Positions 13,516 to 22,939 of a stretch of 64,000 nt of DNA are shown here, piece by piece. The first letter of the stretch is position 1, and each line of letters begins with the position of its first letter. The stretch comes from Macrostomum hystrix (lineage: Eukaryota; Animalia; Platyhelminthes). The notes under the pieces were generated by a model that was given only the letters and a program-made list of their open reading frames with translations, had not been told where the DNA came from and made no database searches. Both the position numbers and the translations under genes were made by a program. Location: assembly GCA_950097015.1 (NCBI GenBank), contig CATNEN010000024.1, forward strand, positions 5,766,001 through 5,830,000, read 5' to 3'.

Positions 13516-13560
13516 CACCCACCCCACTCCATGAACCCACCCCACTCCGAGGGTATATAA
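13516..13560 (+). promoter_or_regulatory. Candidate promoter of the plus-strand block: CACCC repeats and a TATA box
   Basis: CACCCACCCCACTCC and ACCCACCCCACTCC are followed by TATATAA at 13554-13560, about 85 nt before the ATG at 13644. Confidence 0.5.
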
Positions 13561-13643
13561 GGGGAGTGCTTTAACTGATGCTGGCTGAGTGATGACGGTA
13601 GTGAAAGAAAAGAAAAATCATCTCTGACTTTTGAATCTCTGCG

Positions 13644-14396
13644 ATGGATCTCTGCGACGGCTTCAAGGTTCAAGTGCAAGAATACGAAGGTCATAGATTC
13701 ATTGCGATACGGTGCTTCTACACTGCCGAGGGCGAGCTGAAGCCGGGCATCCCGGGCTTCAATCTGAACCCACATCAGTGGGAAAAGCTGAAGCAACTGA
13801 GGCGTCAACTGGTGCACTCTGCAGTCAACCGGCACAATGTCACCGCCAAGCTGGGCTACGACAAACTCGTTGAAGTGAAGAGGGGAGTAATCTGGCTCAA
13901 GCGACTGCCTGAGGATTGCACGGAGGACTTCCTGAAGCGAAATTCAGTTGAACTGACGCCCCGTCTGTGGCGGGAACTGTGGAAAAAGGCCGAATGGCTC
14001 AGTGGCGAGCTGAGGGGAAAGTCGCCAGACAGCGAATACGAGCTGGACCCCAAGAACATTAAGATTGAAGCAGGCACTAGCATCGAGCATCAAGAAACGT
14101 GGCCTTCCGGTGAAGAGGCCGATGATGGGGAGAAGACTCTGCTCATCGCCCAGTCGGACAATGCAACTGCGGAGCTGCCTTTGCCGGTCGCATCATCCAC
14201 ACCACCGTCATTCGGTCGCATCCCGCAGCAGGATAGTAACTTGGCCCTGGATCCACTGTGGTACCAGACTCGTGCAGCTACAGGGCTGAGCGGCAGCAGC
14301 AGTCGCAAGCGCAAGCTGCCATGGCCCCTGCGCAGGATGGATCCGATAAAGTTTCCAAAGCTGACGGAAGATGATGACGAAAATGATATTGAGTGA
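13644..14396 (+). CDS. PC4/Sub1 (p15)-like ssDNA-binding or coactivator domain protein
   Basis: The N-terminus FKVQVQEYEGHRFIAIRCFYTAEGELKPGIPGFNLNPHQWEKLKQL parallels the PC4 core (V..F.G...IDIRE.....GE.KPG.KGISL..EQW..LK). A second, degenerate copy may follow (ELTPRLWREL). The tail is acidic and basic. Confidence 0.75.
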   Translation: MDLCDGFKVQVQEYEGHRFIAIRCFYTAEGELKPGIPGFNLNPHQWEKLKQLRRQLVHSAVNRHNVTAKLGYDKLVEVKRGVIWLKRLPEDCTEDFLKRNSVELTPRLWRELWKKAEWLSGELRGKSPDSEYELDPKNIKIEAGTSIEHQETWPSGEEADDGEKTLLIAQSDNATAELPLPVASSTPPSFGRIPQQDSNLALDPLWYQTRAATGLSGSSSRKRKLPWPLRRMDPIKFPKLTEDDDENDIE

Positions 14397-14791
14397 ACTG
14401 AACTGATTATTAATAATGTGACAATGAATTCTGCTTTGAGTTACGTTGAATTTTCTTAGTCGACGAAAATTTGTCATGCTACTGCTTGCAATTGCTTGAC
14501 TCTACAATTTCATTCACATTTATTCAGCTAATTTTTTATATATAACTCTATAGCTTAATACTCGTAATGTTTCTTAAAAAATCTCCCTGTTCAGTGAGCA
14601 GTGCGGCTGTATTGATTTGCTATTGTATCTCTTTAATCTGTGAGCCTTACATTTATGCAGTAAAACGTTTTGCCACTTATTCCGCAAAAAATAAAACAAG
14701 CATAACACTCTTGTGTGCTCTGTTAATAAAAAAGCCAGCAACTTAAGAAAAAAAATTGCGTATTTTTCTTATTAATTTCTAAACATTGACT

Positions 14792-15859
14792 ATGGAAACA
14801 AAATACTATAGTCCCGCTCAGCCGGCCAGTTTCTCGGGTGCATCAAAGCTACTGCATGAATTGAGGAAAACTGATCAACGCATATCTGAAAAGGGCATCA
14901 AACAGTGGCTGACAGAGCAGCCAGTGTACACACTGCACAGGCCTGCTAGAAGGCGCTATCCGAGAGCACCAATCGTCGTCAGAGCAATTGATGATCAATG
15001 GGAACTTGACCTGGTTGAAATGATACCATTTGCAAAGTACAATAATGGATACAAGTACATTCTTACATGCATTGATGTGCTGTCTAAGGCTGCATGGGCC
15101 ATGGCACTAAAGAGCAAGTCAGCTGCAGAAGTAAAGTCTGCTTTCGAGAGCATTCTGAGGTGCTCAAAGCGCCAGCCTCGCACAGTCCGCACAGATCAGG
15201 GCAAAGAGTTCATCAATACGAATTTTCGGGAATTCTGCATAAGCAAAGGGATTTTAGCATTTCAAACAAATAGTGAGCAGAAAGCAGCCATCATCGAGAG
15301 ATGGAACAGAACTCTGAAGAGCAAGATGTGGAAGTATTTCACACACAAGAGCACACTGCATTGGGTTGACGTGCTGCCTAAGCTGGTAAAGTCGTACAAC
15401 AATACTTACCACAGAAGCATAAAGATGGCACCGACAAGTGTCTGCAAAGAGAATGAGTCTGAGGTCTGGATGAAGCTGTACGATGGCAAGGCAATTGAGA
15501 CAGTGAAGAAGCTGAGGAAGCCAAAGTTCAGTGAAAACCAGGCTGTGAGAATTTCCAACGCGCCCAGGCTGTTCCACAAGGGCTACAAGGCCAACTGGAG
15601 TGAGGAAGTGTGCACTGTGGTGTCCAGGGCGCCAAAGCATTACCCGTACATGTACAAGATTAAAGACATGAAGGGAGAAGAGATTCGGGGACTCTTTCAC
15701 GAGCATGAGTTGCAGGCTGTTCCGGACTCACACCGGCTCTATGTGATTGAGAAGATTTTAAAAACTGAAAAGAGAAATGGGAGAATTCGCTATCTGGTCA
15801 AGTGGGCTGGCTACAACTCCACTGGGTGGGTGGAGGAGAAAGACTTAAGAAAAGTGTAG
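14792..15859 (+). CDS. Polinton retroviral-like (rve) integrase with C-terminal chromodomain
   Basis: DDE triad in WELDLVEM, VRTDQGKEF and IIERWNRTLK. C-terminal chromodomain YVIEKILK...YLVKWAGY...WVEE. Confidence 0.95.
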   Translation: METKYYSPAQPASFSGASKLLHELRKTDQRISEKGIKQWLTEQPVYTLHRPARRRYPRAPIVVRAIDDQWELDLVEMIPFAKYNNGYKYILTCIDVLSKAAWAMALKSKSAAEVKSAFESILRCSKRQPRTVRTDQGKEFINTNFREFCISKGILAFQTNSEQKAAIIERWNRTLKSKMWKYFTHKSTLHWVDVLPKLVKSYNNTYHRSIKMAPTSVCKENESEVWMKLYDGKAIETVKKLRKPKFSENQAVRISNAPRLFHKGYKANWSEEVCTVVSRAPKHYPYMYKIKDMKGEEIRGLFHEHELQAVPDSHRLYVIEKILKTEKRNGRIRYLVKWAGYNSTGWVEEKDLRKV

Positions 15860-15892
15860 ATAATCTATGAATATTATAATATTATAAACTCT

Positions 15893-16702
15893 ATGATGAG
15901 AAATATTGTCATCAGCAGCAGTCATGCCGAAGGTACTCCTACTGACTTTCATTTTTACCTTCCTTCACCTATTTATCTTGATCGAAATGTGGACTATGAG
16001 GTTGGTCTGGTGGAACTCCATCTGCCTGCTACATGGTTCAATGTTGACGAACCTTACTGCTTCACTCTCTCAGATGGAACAGAGCATGAAGCCCTGGTTC
16101 TTCAACCCGGACGCTTTGGCAGAGTGGAGGAGCTGGTTGAGTCTCTGAATGATCTACTAGCTAATTCCGAGTTCTATGATGCCAGAAGCGAGCGAGATGC
16201 TGAGATGGAGGCTGACGAATCAGGTCTTCTGGGGCGTCGAGGTGATGCTAAATACACTGGAATAAGATTTGACATTCATAACTCGAGAGCCGTAGTGCAG
16301 AACAACACAGTGCAAGCAGAGCTGCATCTTCCACCTAGCAAGATTCTGCAGTGGCTTGGATTCGGCAACCAGGGAGCAAAGATTCGACCCGGGCGGCTTG
16401 TCTCAGAGCACTGCATTGGCTGCCCGCGCACCAATTTAATTAATGTGCACTGCAGCATCGTTGAGTCAAGCAATTGCAACGGCAATTCACTGTTGAGAAC
16501 AGTTCGAATGAAACCTGATGCTGAATGGGGAAACTATGTGAGCAAAGTGTTTAAGAAGGCAATCTACTTTCCGATCCCGAGGATCCATTCTTTATACAGC
16601 CTTCGAGTTCAACTGCGAGACATTTTTGGCAGCCTTCTGATTGCCCATTCCTGCAGTCCCGTTCTGCTAACAGTTCAGATTCGGGAGAAAAGAATTCAAT
16701 GA
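15893..16702 (+). CDS. Polinton minor capsid (penton) protein
   Basis: FHFYLPSPIYLD..YEVGLVELHLPATWFNV and NLINVHCSIVE...LLRTV...YFPI...LRVQLRD..G match the Polinton PZ/penton pattern. It lies upstream of the MCP. Confidence 0.8.
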   Translation: MMRNIVISSSHAEGTPTDFHFYLPSPIYLDRNVDYEVGLVELHLPATWFNVDEPYCFTLSDGTEHEALVLQPGRFGRVEELVESLNDLLANSEFYDARSERDAEMEADESGLLGRRGDAKYTGIRFDIHNSRAVVQNNTVQAELHLPPSKILQWLGFGNQGAKIRPGRLVSEHCIGCPRTNLINVHCSIVESSNCNGNSLLRTVRMKPDAEWGNYVSKVFKKAIYFPIPRIHSLYSLRVQLRDIFGSLLIAHSCSPVLLTVQIREKRIQ

Positions 16703-17082
16703 ATTACCAGCAGCTCATTCGGCAGTATTCGGGTGCGCAAACTACCAAACAACCTGCACTGTACGGCTGCGGGAGCTCACCGGGACTCATGACGTTCCAG
16801 CCTCCACCGGCTGTTTCATCAACGTTAGCTGCTGCTGATCTCATGAATGGCAACCTTGCCAAGAAGTCTTCTGTGAAATCAAAGCGAAAGAGAAGAAAGT
16901 TGTCGAAAAGCACTAGTAATCATAGTAACGGCAGTAAGAAAAAGAAGAGAGCAAGAAGGAAGCAGGCAAGGTCAAGCAAGAAAGAGCTTAAGAAGAAGTC
17001 CGGGAAGACCAAGAAAGCAACCAAAAAGAAACGAAAAGTCAGCAGGAAAACTGTGAAGCGCGTACTGGACTCTCTGTCATAG
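16699..17082 (+). CDS. Small Lys/Arg-rich basic protein, candidate virion core protein
   Basis: The C-terminal half is almost entirely K/R/S. LYGCG at aa 21-25 fits the adenain (M/I/L)xGx-G consensus. It sits between penton and MCP with an ATGA start/stop overlap. Confidence 0.65.
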   Translation: MNYQQLIRQYSGAQTTKQPALYGCGSSPGLMTFQPPPAVSSTLAAADLMNGNLAKKSSVKSKRKRRKLSKSTSNHSNGSKKKKRARRKQARSSKKELKKKSGKTKKATKKKRKVSRKTVKRVLDSLS

Positions 17083-17085
17083 ACA

Positions 17086-18369
17086 ATGGCTTACGGATTC
17101 AACCCCAGGCTCGACTTGTTCAAGACACCCGTGCTGCAGACTTGCATTGAGAAATCCACCTATGTTGACATTCATCCCGTGAATTCCATTGTTGCAAACT
17201 CACCCATTGAATTTGACTGCCACCAATCAGCTGACGAGTACACTGATTTGGTGAACTCATTTCTCTACATTCGTTGCCGCATTGTGAGGCTGAATGGAGC
17301 ATTGATGAGGGAGGATGAGCTGGGTGAGGGTGGAGTTATCGCAGACAGCAGAGACAGCAACGTGCATCCGGAAAATTTTGTGTTGCCCACAGCCTTCTCA
17401 GATGTAATTGTTAGCATTAACCAGCGAATCGTCTCTGGGGGTGACCAGCTGTACCCGTACCATGCCTACTTCAAAGCACTGATGAGCTCATCCGATGCCC
17501 AGCAACTCAAATTTCACCCTGCCGGTTTCCTGGAACCCGACTCAGCTGATGAGGACCACACTGAGAACCACAGGACCTCCCAATGGAGGGAATATGCGGG
17601 ACCTCTCCTTAGCGACATTTTCCAGTGCCCTGTGTTTCTGCTGAACAATTTGCACCTGCACATCAAACTGGTGCCCAGTGATGGAGCATTTGGAATCAGA
17701 GCTCCAGCCGCCAACGACACCGCCTACAGGATGGAAATATCGCACTGCATCCTCTATCTTCGCCGAGTCAAAGTTCTGCCCCACATCAGCTTGGCTCACG
17801 AGCAGGGGCTGGCTAATCAGAATGCGCTCTACCCAATTGAGCGAACTGAAATGCAAAACTTCATCCTGCCCCAGGGAATTCAGTCAAAGAATATTGAAGG
17901 ATTCACACATGGAAAGCTCCCGAAATTCATCATGCTGGCCTTCGTCAACCACCGAGCCTTCAATGGGCACCATCATTCCAGCCCGTTCCAGTTCCAAAAC
18001 TTCAACCTGAGTCAGCTTGCTCTCAAGAAAGGGGGTGAATCCATGTGCCATGGGGCGTTTACACCTGAGAACAATTCGTTTGTGAGAGAATATTTGCACT
18101 ACCTGAAAAGCTGTCAATCTGCGAGCCACACCAACTCGGTTCCATCGATTCCCTACCAGCTCTTCTCAAACGAGAACACAGTGTTCGCATTCGATCTGAC
18201 ACCCGAGGGAGCGGCTCTGTGGTACGGGCAGAAGGAGGGAAACCTGCGGCTGGAGATTCGGTTCCGACAGGCCTTGGGTGAAGCCGTGTCCCTGATTGTC
18301 ATGTGTGTGTATGACTCACTGATTGAGGTCACCAAGCACAGGGAGCTATTGCTGGACTATTCGTCTTGA
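17086..18369 (+). CDS. Polinton major capsid protein (double jelly-roll)
   Basis: 427 aa. LDLFKTPVLQTCIEKSTYVDIHPV...PIEF...YTDL..SFLYIRCRI, and FAFDLTP...GNLRLEIRF..AL...V.LIV...YD..IE, match Polinton PY/MCP. Confidence 0.9.
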   Translation: MAYGFNPRLDLFKTPVLQTCIEKSTYVDIHPVNSIVANSPIEFDCHQSADEYTDLVNSFLYIRCRIVRLNGALMREDELGEGGVIADSRDSNVHPENFVLPTAFSDVIVSINQRIVSGGDQLYPYHAYFKALMSSSDAQQLKFHPAGFLEPDSADEDHTENHRTSQWREYAGPLLSDIFQCPVFLLNNLHLHIKLVPSDGAFGIRAPAANDTAYRMEISHCILYLRRVKVLPHISLAHEQGLANQNALYPIERTEMQNFILPQGIQSKNIEGFTHGKLPKFIMLAFVNHRAFNGHHHSSPFQFQNFNLSQLALKKGGESMCHGAFTPENNSFVREYLHYLKSCQSASHTNSVPSIPYQLFSNENTVFAFDLTPEGAALWYGQKEGNLRLEIRFRQALGEAVSLIVMCVYDSLIEVTKHRELLLDYSS

Positions 18370-18913
18370 TGAATATTGGCATGGATGTCCTTCAACTGTT
18401 TTCTCTTGCTAGATCCTTCCTGCCCAGCAGTCAAATCCTGATAGTCACACTTTGCCCGAAGCAGAAGACCTGCACAATAAACCGGGGTGGCAGAACGCAT
18501 GTGGAAATTCCCCATCACAACAAAATTACATTCTTCTTGATAAAGCACAGCGTCTCGTTTGGTCACTGGGTTGCTTGTTACTTTGGTAATGGAAATACAG
18601 TTGAATTATTTGATTCTCTCGGTTGGAATGCACAAACTCTTAGTGCTATTCACAATTTTCTTGCAAATAAATTAAAGTTTCCATTCCGCATGCTTTGTAA
18701 TGTTAATCGAATCCAATGCCGCCACTCAGACAAGTGCGGAATTTTCTGTCTCTATTTTCTTATCAAAGATTGATTTCGAAAAGTTCATTTGAATTGGTTC
18801 TGCTAAGCCTACACGTGAAGAAAAACTGTCCATTGAATGAAAGAGTGCTTTGCCAGTTTGAAGCCAGCTTAAGAAAAAGAGTGTTTCGGAGCAAAAAAAT
18901 AAAATTGTTGTAA
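18366..18913 (+). CDS. Adenain/Ulp1-like maturation cysteine protease (probable 1-nt frameshift near 18765)
   Basis: Catalytic motifs GHWVA, FDSLG and Q...S.KCG.FCLYF. The frame stops at 18773, but a typical C-terminus (QRLISKSSFE...NERVLCQF) continues in another frame to 18913. Confidence 0.88.
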
Positions 18914-18928
18914 TAAAGCCTGAAAGAC

Positions 18929-19576
18929 ATGGAAGCAGAAAAAGTGTACTATGATGTGCGCCTGCGGCAGGGCAGCTGCATGATTGTCTGCGGACCCACA
19001 AATGCTGGAAAGACAACCTTCGTGAAGCATCTAATCCAGTACAGGGATGTATTATTCGACGTCCAGCCTGGGAGAGTGCTCTGGTACTATGGGATCCCAC
19101 AGCCAGCGCATGCTGAGTTGAGCAGTCGTGGTGTGCAATTGCATCAGGGATTCCCAACCAACTTTGAGAGCTCATTGATGAGCAATGATTTGGTTATTTT
19201 TGATGATATGATTGATGAAACTTCTAATTCTGCTTCAATGCGAAATACTTTCACTGGACTCGCCCATCATCTGCCATGCTTTCTTGTAATTCTCACTCAG
19301 AATATGTTTTTCAAGGGCAAAGAGTCGCGGACCATGAGCTTGAACGCGATGTACTTTGTGATCCTAAAAAACCCCAGAGACCAGCTGCAGATCGCTGCAT
19401 TGGGCAGGCAGTGTTTTCCAGAGAAGCCTGGCTTCCTGCTTGCTGTGTTTAAGCATGTCACAGCGCAGGGCAGGGGGACCTACCTATTTCTGGATTTTCA
19501 CCCTTGCACTCCTGATGAGTTGCGAGTGCGAGCCAGAATTCTGCCCAATCAGAGGCCACATCTGGTTTATGCTTAA
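18929..19576 (+). CDS. FtsK/HerA-family (A32-like) packaging ATPase
   Basis: Walker A GPTNAGKT, Walker B LVIFDD, plus ILTQNMF, RTMSLNAMYFVILKNPRD and YLFLDFHP. Confidence 0.93.
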   Translation: MEAEKVYYDVRLRQGSCMIVCGPTNAGKTTFVKHLIQYRDVLFDVQPGRVLWYYGIPQPAHAELSSRGVQLHQGFPTNFESSLMSNDLVIFDDMIDETSNSASMRNTFTGLAHHLPCFLVILTQNMFFKGKESRTMSLNAMYFVILKNPRDQLQIAALGRQCFPEKPGFLLAVFKHVTAQGRGTYLFLDFHPCTPDELRVRARILPNQRPHLVYA

Positions 19577-19589
19577 GAATAGGTTGAAA

Positions 19590-19931
19590 ATGTATCTTGC
19601 CCGAATTATTGCAACAATGGAAGTGTTCGAAACTCATCAAAGCTTATTTGAAGTCCTTGCCTCACCCAAATATACAATTAGCCTCAAGCGCGCAATAATA
19701 AAGCTGGGTCCGACTGGAGTTTGCACTTTTCTTGTCGAGGCCTGTTACAACCTATTGAAAGACAATTTGCCATTTTCTCTTGTTGAAAAGACAGCGCTAT
19801 TGAAATCTAAAAAGATAATCCGCGAAATTCCCCGGCAAAGAAAAAAGAGTGACTTACTTAAATATTATTTTATCAAAATCCTTCCAATTCTGCTGAAGCT
19901 GGTCAAAAGGAAGAGAAGAGGAGATGCATAA
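19590..19931 (+). CDS. Small basic conserved Polinton protein, function unknown
   Basis: KRAIIK...FLVEACYNLLKDNLPFS..EK..L...K..IR resembles the small conserved protein found downstream of the ATPase in Polintons. Confidence 0.55.
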   Translation: MYLARIIATMEVFETHQSLFEVLASPKYTISLKRAIIKLGPTGVCTFLVEACYNLLKDNLPFSLVEKTALLKSKKIIREIPRQRKKSDLLKYYFIKILPILLKLVKRKRRGDA

Positions 19932-20613
19932 ATTCACTGAGATGGTTCTCATTTCAAGGTCCGAATATGAAATGCTAAAGAGGAGTGTCAAACCCATGGA
20001 GTCTGTGAGTGACACGGCCACAAAGCAAGCACAATTGAAATGCGATGATATCTTGTTGACCGAAGACTATCCAGATGATATGAAGGCAGCACTGTACCAG
20101 AGTGCCATGAAGAACTTGCTGGCGAAGCGAAAGCAGGCAGGAAAGGAAACAGCATCAGAAGAGAAAAAAGCAAAGATTGTGAAACCCGAGATGCCTCTAA
20201 GAAGCTGGGAAGAAAAAATCTGCCAGTCAGTGCCACAGAAGTTCAAACCCAGGGCTCGCAGTCTATGGGCCACCCTATCTGGCAGCCAGTCTGCTATCCG
20301 GGTGTCCGATAATGGGGAGGTGAATATTTCTGGGAACTCGATCCCTGCCTCAAACATAGTGGATTTAATTCTGCACACAGTGAAGGACTCAAAAAGTTCC
20401 AGTGAGCCTGTGGGATGGGCCGCTTTCAGTGAGTTGCTGCGCCAAAAGAATCTCAATGTGCCAATGTCAGCCGTAGGAAAATCTGTACAGAAAGAAATTT
20501 TGGACCCAATTTTGAGTGAAGAGGCACAGCCCTCACTCAAGGGACTGGGCAGCAAGTCTGCTTGGCTGAGGTTAAACAGGGAGAGAAAAAAGTATTTAAG
20601 AAAGGGAGGATAA
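19924..20613 (+). CDS. Conserved Polinton hypothetical protein
   Basis: VPQKFKPRARSL...NGEVNISGNSIPASNIVDLI......P.GW..F is a motif typical of Polinton hypotheticals. The ORF is intact. Confidence 0.65.
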   Translation: MHKFTEMVLISRSEYEMLKRSVKPMESVSDTATKQAQLKCDDILLTEDYPDDMKAALYQSAMKNLLAKRKQAGKETASEEKKAKIVKPEMPLRSWEEKICQSVPQKFKPRARSLWATLSGSQSAIRVSDNGEVNISGNSIPASNIVDLILHTVKDSKSSSEPVGWAAFSELLRQKNLNVPMSAVGKSVQKEILDPILSEEAQPSLKGLGSKSAWLRLNRERKKYLRKGG

Positions 20614-20650
20614 TCGAATTCTGCTGGTTTCAAGGCACGGTCGCTTGAGC

Positions 20651-21499
20651 ATGAACTACATAGACATTCAGGGCTTCCCGTGCGACGGAGAGAATGATGA
20701 CTTCATCGTGAAGGAGTTGGCGATCCTTGAAGTCAGGAAAGGAAGCTATCACATTTCCCACCATGTGTACGCACCGCCATATGATTGGCAGAGAGTTTCA
20801 CCTGACATACGAACGTATTACAATCAGCTTTCCAAAAATCTACATAAGCTCAAGTGGACCGATGGAACTCGACCATATTTTCAATTAGCTGATGACATTG
20901 TGAGCATTGGTAGCGGCGTCAACTGGACAAGCGGAGAGAAGAAAACTATTTTTCTAACTGAGTTACTTGGCAGACTGGTCTACAATCTAGACGATTTGGG
21001 CCCGCCTTTGAGCGATGAGTCAGACACTGGCTGTGCAATGAAAAATGTTCTACTGTACTACAGCTGGCTGAAGCCAACATTTTGTGTCAACTTAAGAAGC
21101 GACAAGTGCTTGTGGCATAAGAGCTCAAGAGACTGTAGCAGCAGCAACAGCCATATCAACACTCAAAATGAGCAGAGGAGCTGCAACCCTGAGTGTCACC
21201 AACCTTGTTGGTGGAGTGGATCTGAGACTGAATGGAGGCAGGGGCGCCCAGCTTCCTCTAAGGGAGCTGGCTCTGAGCATGGCTCATGTGATTTATCGCC
21301 CCGTGTGGCCCAGAGTGCTCATCAAGCGGATGCGGAATCCCAGAGTCACCCTACTGCTCTATCCCACCGGCCAGCTCAGCATCTGTGGAGCAAAGAGCTA
21401 CGCCGACTCGGTCAGGGCTGCCCGGCGCTTCATCGCTATGCTGCATCGCCGAGTGCCGGCTCAACTGCTGCCTCGTCAAGCTTTCTGTGTGAGAATTAA
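20651..21499 (+). CDS. Polinton protein with an N-terminal DEDD/DnaQ-like exonuclease-fold motif
   Basis: IDIQGF...FIVKELAIL, HKLKWTDG, VYNLDDLG and CAMKNV..Y.W. The C-terminal ~110 codons overlap the TBP-like ORF. Confidence 0.5.
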   Translation: MNYIDIQGFPCDGENDDFIVKELAILEVRKGSYHISHHVYAPPYDWQRVSPDIRTYYNQLSKNLHKLKWTDGTRPYFQLADDIVSIGSGVNWTSGEKKTIFLTELLGRLVYNLDDLGPPLSDESDTGCAMKNVLLYYSWLKPTFCVNLRSDKCLWHKSSRDCSSSNSHINTQNEQRSCNPECHQPCWWSGSETEWRQGRPASSKGAGSEHGSCDLSPRVAQSAHQADAESQSHPTALSHRPAQHLWSKELRRLGQGCPALHRYAASPSAGSTAASSSFLCEN

Positions 21500-21734
21500 G
21501 ACTATTACTGCTAGGGGAAACCTTGAATTATGCGGTGCTTTATCCCTGTCTACTTTAAACAGTATTCTACCCGCTGCGAACTATGAACCTGAATCCTTTT
21601 CTGCTTTGATTTGTAAACTCCGTTTTTGTAAGTGTTTGCTTTTCCATAACGGCTCGTTTGTTCTCAGTGGAGCTCGCTCTCTGAGTCAATTGCGCTCCGA
21701 TGCTGAGTACCTTGCAACACTCATCCCTTCTTGA
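21168..21734 (+). CDS. TATA-binding protein (TBP)-like protein encoded by the Polinton
   Basis: Two TBP repeats. Repeat 1: TNLV..V...LPLRELAL....IYRP...LIKRMRNPRVTLLLYPTGQLSICGAKS.ADSVRAARRF. Repeat 2: NYEPESFSALICKL....CLLFHNGSFVLSGARS. 188 aa, intronless, with no N-terminal extension. Confidence 0.88.
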   Translation: MSRGAATLSVTNLVGGVDLRLNGGRGAQLPLRELALSMAHVIYRPVWPRVLIKRMRNPRVTLLLYPTGQLSICGAKSYADSVRAARRFIAMLHRRVPAQLLPRQAFCVRIKTITARGNLELCGALSLSTLNSILPAANYEPESFSALICKLRFCKCLLFHNGSFVLSGARSLSQLRSDAEYLATLIPS

Positions 21735-22939
21735 CTTTGAAAACAATTGCTTTAACGAAATACATTGGATTGGAATGCTGGATTCTGACCCGGCTTGAGC
21801 GCAGAAAGCCAAATTGATGAAAAAAACGGAACATTAGCTTCGTGAAGGAAGATTTTGTTTATTTTTAATTGCTGTTCTTGTAAACGAATACAGGAAACTT
21901 ACGCAAATGTAAAAAAATAATAAATGTAAAAAAAATCAAAACCCACCACCGTATCGATTAAACAAGACAAAAAATCAAACAAAATCACCAGCTAAATTGA
22001 CACCAGCAATATCAATATGTTAGTGAAGGTAGTTGAAAAATTGGCAACAGACAAATGCCGGGGCACTCCGTTCTTGCAAACAAATTCGATTTTTTTGCTT
22101 TCATTGTTTTTCTAAGAAAATAATACACAGCTTTTTTCATTTTGATACAACAAAGGATTTATTAATACGAAAAAGAAAATTGAAAAAATAATTAGATAAA
22201 AAGTACATTTTATCAAGAGAAACCATACGAGCAAGACTTAAAACGAATGGCAACAAAAATAACTTTTACCAGGAGCTGACTAGTGAGATTAAAGCAGAGG
22301 CAGACAATCATTACATGCACGATAAAACGTAATAGGAAAAGAAGCTTTAAAGTCAAATCATTGCAGACACATCGAGAACCGAAAAACAATGACGGAGAGT
22401 AAGGCAAATAATGAGTTCAAACAAATAACTTGAAAAAAACAATCACCATTGAAAATGTGCATTAGTACGACGTATGATTATGAAGCACAACGCAAAAAGC
22501 TCATGTTAAAGAATAGCTGCAGCTGCACCACCAGAAATTCACTGAACAAAATTGTCTTCTAGGCTTGATCACAGATACTATAATAACTGTGATCTGTGGG
22601 CTTGATTAATTACCAGTTCATTGGATGAGTCTGTGTGTGTGTGAGTCCTATGTCAGTCCTGTGTCCTGTGTCAGTGCAATTTTTTTTGACACAAGTTATC
22701 CGAATTAAAGCTACCATGAGCAAATCATTTTGTAAACAAGTGGAATTCACATCTGTAAGTTACAGCACAGCTTTTTAAAAAATGAAAAGCAATAGTTGCT
22801 CATTTACAGCAGCACAGTTCCAAAAGACATTCATTTACAAAAACTAAATAGAGAAACTGCATTCGAAAAGTTTTAGAACAAGGCCTCTTTGCATTCCAAG
22901 TCCATATTCAGTTCGAATTAGTCAAGAGAGCAAAAAGAA

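Noticed and set aside
15883-15888. TATAAA before the penton gene
   Set aside because: It is only 5 nt from the ATG, too close to act as a TATA box for that ORF, and it lies in an AT-rich spacer.
21198-21240. Adenain consensus matches LVGG and LNGG in the TBP-like N-terminus
   Set aside because: The short motif is easily matched by chance, and the first lies in the conserved first beta strand (compare NMVGS). Not supportable without homologs.
22213-22407. Small hydrophobic minus-strand ORF in the Polinton convergence zone
   Set aside because: AT-rich sequence with a non-ATG start and no motif. Probably a terminator or UTR region.
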